From NCBI GenBank assembly GCA_013697045.1, contig JACCXJ010000080.1, positions 1 to 56,475 on the forward strand: a stretch of DNA of 56,475 nt, written 5' to 3'. Both the position numbers and the translations under genes were made by a program. How positions within the stretch are numbered: position 1 is the first letter of the stretch; each line of letters begins with the position of its first letter. Positions 50,994 to 56,475 of the stretch are shown here, piece by piece. A model generated the notes under the pieces. The model did not search any database. It was not told the DNA's origin and saw only the letters and a list, made by a program, of their open reading frames with translations. This DNA comes from Gammaproteobacteria bacterium. Its GTDB lineage: Bacteria > Pseudomonadota > Gammaproteobacteria > JACCXJ01.

Positions 50994-51883
50994 GGGTTGC
51001 CCTCGGCCTGGAGTATGACGGCAGCGGGTTCCGAGGCTGGCAGATCCAGAGCGGTGCGCGCAGCGTGCAGGCGTGCGTCGAGTCGTCCCTCTCCCGTGTC
51101 GCCGACCACGGCGTACGGGCGGTGTGCGCGGGGCGTACCGATACCGGGGTGCACGCCCTCTCCCAGGTGGTCCATTTCGATACCGTGGCGATGCGGGACG
51201 AGCGTGACTGGGTGTTCGGCGGCAACACCTATCTCCCGAGCGACGTGAGTATCTTGTGGGCGCGACGGGTGCCGGATGACTTCCATGCCCGCTACTCGGC
51301 CACCGCCCGTGTCTATCGCTACGTGATCCTGAATCGCCCGGCGCGGCCGGGTCTCTTCGCTTCCCGAGTCACCTGGGAATACCGGCCGCTCTGCGAGACC
51401 CTCATGCGCGAGGCGGCGTGCTACCTCCTCGGCGAGCACGACTTCTCCGCCTTCCGTGCCCAGGGCTGCCAGGCCGGACACGCCGTTCGTACCATCCACC
51501 GGCTGGAAGTGGATCGTGAGGAGGATCGGGTCTCGATCGAAATCGAGGCCAACGCCTTTCTCTACCACATGGTGCGCAACATCGCTGGCGTGCTCATGGC
51601 CATCGGACGGGGTATCGCTGCCCCGGTGTGGGCGCGCCAGGTCCTGGAGGCACGCCGCCGGGCACAAGCCGGGGTCACCGCACCTCCGTCGGGCCTGTAC
51701 CTGACGGCCGTCCGCTATCCCCCGGCACGCGGTATCCCGGGGCCCGGCGCGACGGCGACTGAACCGCAACAGCGCGCCGGTGATGAAGACGCCCCGGAGA
51801 ATGCGCAAGACGACGCGGTACGAGCGCTCGCCGCACGTGCGGTTCTCGACATGGATCGTTACCTGAGATCGGCTCAGCCCTGA
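50990..51883 (+). CDS. truA: tRNA pseudouridine(38-40) synthase
   Basis: GTG 50990. VRVALGLEYDGSGFRGWQIQ...AGRTDTGVHALSQVVHFD...; roughly 35-aa C-terminal extension. Confidence 0.9.
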   Translation: MRVALGLEYDGSGFRGWQIQSGARSVQACVESSLSRVADHGVRAVCAGRTDTGVHALSQVVHFDTVAMRDERDWVFGGNTYLPSDVSILWARRVPDDFHARYSATARVYRYVILNRPARPGLFASRVTWEYRPLCETLMREAACYLLGEHDFSAFRAQGCQAGHAVRTIHRLEVDREEDRVSIEIEANAFLYHMVRNIAGVLMAIGRGIAAPVWARQVLEARRRAQAGVTAPPSGLYLTAVRYPPARGIPGPGATATEPQQRAGDEDAPENAQDDAVRALAARAVLDMDRYLRSAQP

Positions 51884-52007
51884 CACGCGCAGCCCGGGTA
51901 CGGGGAGAGTCGTAGGCACCGCGCTGTTTGCCGGCGCACGCGGACCCGGGCTCGGCGCCGTAACCACAATTATTGTCGCGAGTCCGCGTCGAATTTCTTG
52001 CTGACGA

Positions 52008-54533
52008 TCAAAGCGCTGGCGATGGCCTGGGCCAGGTCGCGGGACTGCAGCGGCTTTTTAAGCAGAGCTTGGACCGCCGCTCGCTGTGGGCAAGCTCCGG
52101 CCCACCGAAGCCGCTCATGAGCAAGACCGGGATATCCGGGCGGATCTCCCGCAGGCGCGTGGCAAGCTCGGTACCACTCATGCGCGGCATGAGCTGATCG
52201 GTTACGACGAGATCAAAACGCGCCGGCCGCGCTTGGAATGCCTCGAGGGCCGCCTGACTGTCTTGGAATCCGATGGGTTCGTAGCCGAGGGCCGCGATCA
52301 TCTCCTCACCGAGGAGCACCAGCGCCTCGTCGTCGTCGACGAGGAGGACGGTCTCTCCGCGACCCTTGGGGATCGGCGCGCGCTCGATACCGCTCGCGGA
52401 GGCGGTCTCCAAAGACCGAGGGAGGTAGACCGTAAAGCTGCTCCCCTGGTCCGGGGTGCTCGAAACCTCAATGGCACCGCCATGGTCGCTCACGATGCTG
52501 TGCGCCAGGGACAGGCCGAGCCCGGTCCCCAGGCCGAGGTCCTTGGTGGTGAAGAAGGGGTCGAAGACCCGATCGAGCGTGGCCTCGTCGATCCCGTGTC
52601 CGGTGTCCGTTACTTTGAGGCATACATAGGTCCCCGGCTCTATGGTGTGATGTCTCTGCACCATCCGCTCGCTTAGCTCGATCACGTCGAGGGCGATCTC
52701 CAGCAGCCCGCCTTCCGGCATCGACTGTACGGCGTTGGTGCAGACATTCATCACCAGCTGATGCAGGCGGATCACATCGCCCTGCACCGTCGCATCCTCC
52801 GCGTTCACGCAGAGCTTTAGCTCGATCGTCTCGGGCAGCGAGGCCTTGATAAGCTCCGCGACCTCGCCGAGCAGCGGCCCCATCCGCACCGGGACGCGTT
52901 CACGGCTTCCCGGCTGCGTGAAGGCCAGGATTTGAACGACCAGGTCCTTCGCCCGGTTCGCCGCCGCCATCACGTTGGCGAGATAGCGCCGGAGGTTGCT
53001 GCCTTCGGGCACGGCGTCGAGCGCCATCTCCGCATATCCCACGATGGCACCGAGTATATTGTTGAAATCATGGGCGATCCCGCCAGCGAGCGTCCCGATC
53101 GCCTCGAGCTTCTGCGCCTGGCGGAGCTGTGCCTCGAGCCGCGCCTTTTCGGACTCGGCGCGCTCGCGCTCGGCGAGCTCCTCTTGCAGCCGGGCGTGAG
53201 CGGCCCGCAGCTCACCCGTGCGCTGGTCGACCCGCAGCTCGAGCTCCGCGTGGGTTTGGGCCAGCGCCCGTTCCGCCGCCTCCCGCCGCGCGATATCGGC
53301 CTGCAGCGCCTGCGTGCGCTCCGCCACCTGCGCCTCCAGCTCCGCGGTATGGGCCCGGATCCGCCCCATCATGTCGTTGAAGGCCCGCGCCAGCTCGCCG
53401 GCCTCGTCGTGCGAGCGCACGGCCACCTCAACCCCACGTTCACCCGCCGAAAAACGAGATACGGCCTCGGTCAGCGTCCGGAACGGCGAGGTGAGCCAGC
53501 CTGCCGTCACGACCCCGAAGAGCGAGACGAGAAGGGCCATCGCAATGGCCAGGATGACCCCCTCGCCAAGCAAGCGATCGATGGGCACGAGGAGGACCGA
53601 TTGGGGCTCGGCGACGACCACAAGCCAGGGCCGATAGCGCAACCACGCGGCACCGACGGCGTAGGGCTCTGCCTCCGTGTCCTGTGCTCCCATCGACAAC
53701 GGTGCCGTGAAATAGCTGCCGTTCGCTAGCTCCTTGAGGGCGCTCGCCAGGGCCGGAGGCCCCGTGGCCGCCGCCGGGCCATTCTCGGGCAGCCTCCACT
53801 CGGCCCGAAGCCTGCGGATGAGGTCCATCTCGATCGGCGCCACGGAGGTGAAGATCAAATCGGGCCGCGCGCTGTCGGCGAGTCGGATGTGGTGCTCATC
53901 GAGCAACACCACGCGCGCACCCGGTGAGGCATGCAGGGCTTGCGTCGTGAGCTGCTGCACCACCGTGGCGTTGTAGGTGATCCGCAAGACCCCGAGGGGC
54001 CGGCCCGCGGGATCCCACACCAGGCTGGCAAAGTGCAGTGTCAGGGCGTCACCGGGCGCGCCTGCGAACTGCATCGCCGAGACCGTCGGCACCTTCGTGG
54101 CCATGAGCGCCTTGAAGTAGTCGCGCTGCGACTCATCGCGCCCGATCTGTACCGTGCGCGTGTCGAGGAGATTTTGACCGGCGAGATCGAGCACGGCCAA
54201 AGAGATGAGGTTGACGGTGTCCTTGCGGCTCAATCGCAGCAGCGTCTGCCATGCCGCCGCCTTGCGAGGTGCGTCACCGGGCGCTGACAGGAAACCTTGA
54301 ACCGCAGGCAAGAGCGCGTGCACCCGCAGACCGTTCAGGTTCTCGTTGAGAAATCCGTCGATGGCCTGGGCGGTCTGCGTGGCGCTGGCGTATAGGGCCC
54401 GCTGCGCGGCGTCGATCAGCGCCTGGCGCGTCGCGCGCTGGTTGAAATACTCGAGCAGCAAGAGCGGTGCGAGGGAAACCAACAGGAAGGCCGCGATCAG
54501 TCGGGGACGCAGCTTTGAAAACGGTCTACGCAC
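52008..54533 (-). CDS. hybrid sensor histidine kinase/response regulator with periplasmic Cache-like domain
   Basis: GTG start; TM; large periplasmic region; HAMP; coiled coil; H-box [19 protein letters not shown]; HATPase ([22 protein letters not shown]); C-terminal receiver ([10 protein letters not shown]...[14 protein letters not shown]). Confidence 0.9.
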   Translation of the reverse strand: MRRPFSKLRPRLIAAFLLVSLAPLLLLEYFNQRATRQALIDAAQRALYASATQTAQAIDGFLNENLNGLRVHALLPAVQGFLSAPGDAPRKAAAWQTLLRLSRKDTVNLISLAVLDLAGQNLLDTRTVQIGRDESQRDYFKALMATKVPTVSAMQFAGAPGDALTLHFASLVWDPAGRPLGVLRITYNATVVQQLTTQALHASPGARVVLLDEHHIRLADSARPDLIFTSVAPIEMDLIRRLRAEWRLPENGPAAATGPPALASALKELANGSYFTAPLSMGAQDTEAEPYAVGAAWLRYRPWLVVVAEPQSVLLVPIDRLLGEGVILAIAMALLVSLFGVVTAGWLTSPFRTLTEAVSRFSAGERGVEVAVRSHDEAGELARAFNDMMGRIRAHTAELEAQVAERTQALQADIARREAAERALAQTHAELELRVDQRTGELRAAHARLQEELAERERAESEKARLEAQLRQAQKLEAIGTLAGGIAHDFNNILGAIVGYAEMALDAVPEGSNLRRYLANVMAAANRAKDLVVQILAFTQPGSRERVPVRMGPLLGEVAELIKASLPETIELKLCVNAEDATVQGDVIRLHQLVMNVCTNAVQSMPEGGLLEIALDVIELSERMVQRHHTIEPGTYVCLKVTDTGHGIDEATLDRVFDPFFTTKDLGLGTGLGLSLAHSIVSDHGGAIEVSSTPDQGSSFTVYLPRSLETASASGIERAPIPKGRGETVLLVDDDEALVLLGEEMIAALGYEPIGFQDSQAALEAFQARPARFDLVVTDQLMPRMSGTELATRLREIRPDIPVLLMSGFGGPELAHSERRSKLCLKSRCSPATWPRPSPAL

Positions 54534-54651
54534 GCACGCCTCTCAAGACGGTTTCGCACCCATCGCAAGCGCACCGAGCACCGGGAGCCCTGCATCACCG
54601 GGCCCGGCGATCATCGACTCCACCGGCATCGCAGGACATGCTTTCTGAGCC

Positions 54652-54911
54652 GAATGGCACTTACTTAAGCGTAACCTATTGTATTACCAGTATATCTGCA
54701 ATGGTTACCATGACCTCGTCATGCCAGCGAAAGCTGGCATCCATGTGTGCCTTCCAACGCCGCACTGGACCCCAGCTTTCGCTGGGGTGACGGCTTTCGC
54801 TGGGGTGACGGGATCCGGGAGATCGTCACGATTTTGGGAAGTTATGCCCGCGTCTCCCGGGAACAGGCCCGAATAAATCATGGAGTTATCCTCCTTAAGT
54901 AAGCGCCATTC
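54652..54911. repeat. 260-bp AT-richer element bounded by 18-bp inverted repeats (MITE-like)
   Basis: GAATGGCACTTACTTAAG (54652-54669) versus the reverse complement of CTTAAGTAAGCGCCATTC (54894-54911), 17/18 match. CTGAGCC on both flanks. Inside: ATGCCAGC-GAAA-GCTGGCAT hairpin and tandem CTTTCGCTGGGGTGACGG x2. Confidence 0.7.
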
Positions 54912-54923
54912 TGAATCTGAGCC

Positions 54924-55907
54924 CTATTCGGCCGGAAGAAACGAGGGATCGATCAGCGCGTCGAGGTCCGGGAGACGCCCGAGGCTCCCGGTTCGGATGT
55001 AGAAATCGACATAGGCGCGGGCGCTCTGATACAGCGATGTCGGAGCGTTGCGATCGAAAGCCCGGCGATTGTCCGCCAGGCTCAGGAGCTTGAGCCCGAG
55101 CGGTTGCACCTCGCCCAGCGGGATCGCGAGCGCTTGTGCGATGATCGCGTTGTCCTCTTCGGGATGGGCCAGCCAGTGCTCGACGGCCCGGAGGATGGCG
55201 CGCAGAAAGGCCCGGACGTCCTCGGGCCGCTCCCTGAGCACCGCGGCGCGGAACTGGAGCGTATCGATGATGAGCCCGGGCGTCTCTCGGCTCGTGTACA
55301 GGACCCGGCCCCCTGCCTTCACCACCCGGGAAACATACGGCTCCCAGGCCTGCCCGGCATCGATCACCCCGGCGCGCAACTGGTCGGGGACAAGATTGGA
55401 ATCGGTGTTGATGAGCGTGACCTCGGCCCGCGTCAGCCCCCCGGCCTCCAGCATGCGTTCGACGAAGAGCTCGCCAAAACCGCCCAACTTGGCCCCGAGC
55501 ACCTTGCCCCGCAGTTTCGCAATGCTCGTGATCGCGGGCTTCGCGACCACCGCATCGCCGCCCGCCGATTCGTCGATCGCGTAGACCACCCGAATATCGG
55601 GGTGGTGGCTGCCGGCGACGATGAGGCTACCGATCGGTAAGGCCATACCGTCGTACTTGCCGGCGATGAAATCGGCGATCTGGGGCTCCGTATCTTCCGT
55701 ATAGATCAACTCGACGGCCACGCCCTCTCGCGCGTAATACCCAAGCTCCCGGGCCAAGGTGATGGGGAAGTATCCCGGCCAGAGGTTGTGCGCAAAGCGT
55801 AGCGCCGGGCGCTCGGGCGCAGGCGCCTCGGGCGCCGAGCAGCCCCCGATGATAAGGGCGGCAAGGACCAGCCCAAGCCCCGCACCCCGCCATGCCGCCA
55901 ATCGCAT
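54924..55907 (-). CDS. ABC-type substrate-binding lipoprotein (NMT1/THI5, nitrate/sulfonate/bicarbonate family)
   Basis: MRLAAWRGAGLGLVLAALIIGGC lipobox. NLWPGYFPITLARELGYY... Start at Met35 of ORF 54924..56009. Confidence 0.8.
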   Translation of the reverse strand: MRLAAWRGAGLGLVLAALIIGGCSAPEAPAPERPALRFAHNLWPGYFPITLARELGYYAREGVAVELIYTEDTEPQIADFIAGKYDGMALPIGSLIVAGSHHPDIRVVYAIDESAGGDAVVAKPAITSIAKLRGKVLGAKLGGFGELFVERMLEAGGLTRAEVTLINTDSNLVPDQLRAGVIDAGQAWEPYVSRVVKAGGRVLYTSRETPGLIIDTLQFRAAVLRERPEDVRAFLRAILRAVEHWLAHPEEDNAIIAQALAIPLGEVQPLGLKLLSLADNRRAFDRNAPTSLYQSARAYVDFYIRTGSLGRLPDLDALIDPSFLPAE

Positions 55908-56115
55908 CAGCAAATCGCCTCGAAGCCCGCGCATCAAGGTTACAACTGTAACCGAATCGATTTCATTTGTAAGCAAATTCCGGCGCTTTGAAATCATCCG
56001 GTAAGGCACCCGGCCTACTCTGCCCGCATCGGGAAGGCAAGCAAAAACGCGCAGACGAAGAATGCGAAATCGTGAGCACCCAACCCCTCAGCCACAGATA
56101 GGAGAGCTATGAGGT

Positions 56116-56475
56116 ATGAACCTACTTCCATCACGACGACCCGTAAAGGCCGAGGGCGAGCGACCCACGGTGATCTGCCTCGATTCGGGCCTGGGCGTGA
56201 CTCTGCAACGGCAGTCACTCCCCGAGCGCCTGCGCTTCCGCAACCGCGTGCTGGCGCCGGAGCTCCGAGGCTATGCCACGAGCCGCGCCTCGGGCACGCC
56301 GCTCTCGCTGGATGCCGAAGCGGCCTTGATCGCGCCCTTGGTGCATGTCATTTCGGGCAAGGTGTACCTCGTGGGCCATGGCTATGGCGCGGCGGTGGCT
56401 CTCCGACTCGCGCTCGCGCACCGCGAGCGGATCGCGGGGCTGGTGCTGTACGAGCCGACGCTCTTCAGCCTCTTG
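56116..56475 (+). CDS. alpha/beta hydrolase, 5' part (3' end outside window)
   Basis: ATG 56116, open to the window end. PTVICLDSGLG...VLAPELRGYA...VYLVGHGYGAAVALRLA (nucleophile-elbow-like GxGxG)...LVLYEP. Confidence 0.6.
   Translation, partial: MNLLPSRRPVKAEGERPTVICLDSGLGVTLQRQSLPERLRFRNRVLAPELRGYATSRASGTPLSLDAEAALIAPLVHVISGKVYLVGHGYGAAVALRLALAHRERIAGLVLYEPTLFSLL

Overview
High-GC (about 65% by eye) chromosomal window with gammaproteobacterial synteny: carA-carB-greA-rlmE-ftsH-glmM, dapD / leuB-asd-fimV-truA, serS-rarA, phoBR plus a phosphate porin, and pgl-gnd. Most of it is core metabolism and housekeeping, with one tRNA-Ser(UGA) and no rRNA or CRISPR array. Five things stand out. (1) A roughly 5.5 kb decaying accessory island (10.46-15.95 kb) carries a 5'-truncated higA-like antitoxin and a large NACHT-pentapeptide-WD40 NLR-like STAND NTPase. 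Its ten WD40 blades are near-identical 126-bp DNA repeats, and its 3' third is displaced by three single-base deletions. The island also holds a RAYT transposase remnant with REP-like hairpins, a Uma2 nuclease and a perfect 27-bp-arm REPIN. (2) carB runs into greA in the same frame with no stop codon, giving a 1229-codon ORF, although greA keeps its own Shine-Dalgarno and ATG. (3) A nested family of miniature inverted-repeat elements with GTGAAAAAACC termini has copies of 190, 55, 40 and 20 bp. These sit exactly on gene ends and contain the stop codons of lpxC, ppsR and ubiG. (4) There is an untracked 51-codon ORF after an OFA-type MFS transporter and a 26-codon uORF across the carA start. (5) Smaller items include a 14-bp tandem repeat array after fimV, divergent Pho-box promoters, an IS/protease scar and a 260-bp TIR element between a binding protein and a hybrid kinase. 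All calls come from reading the sequence and recalling protein families. No searches were run, so family names are recognitions, not database hits.
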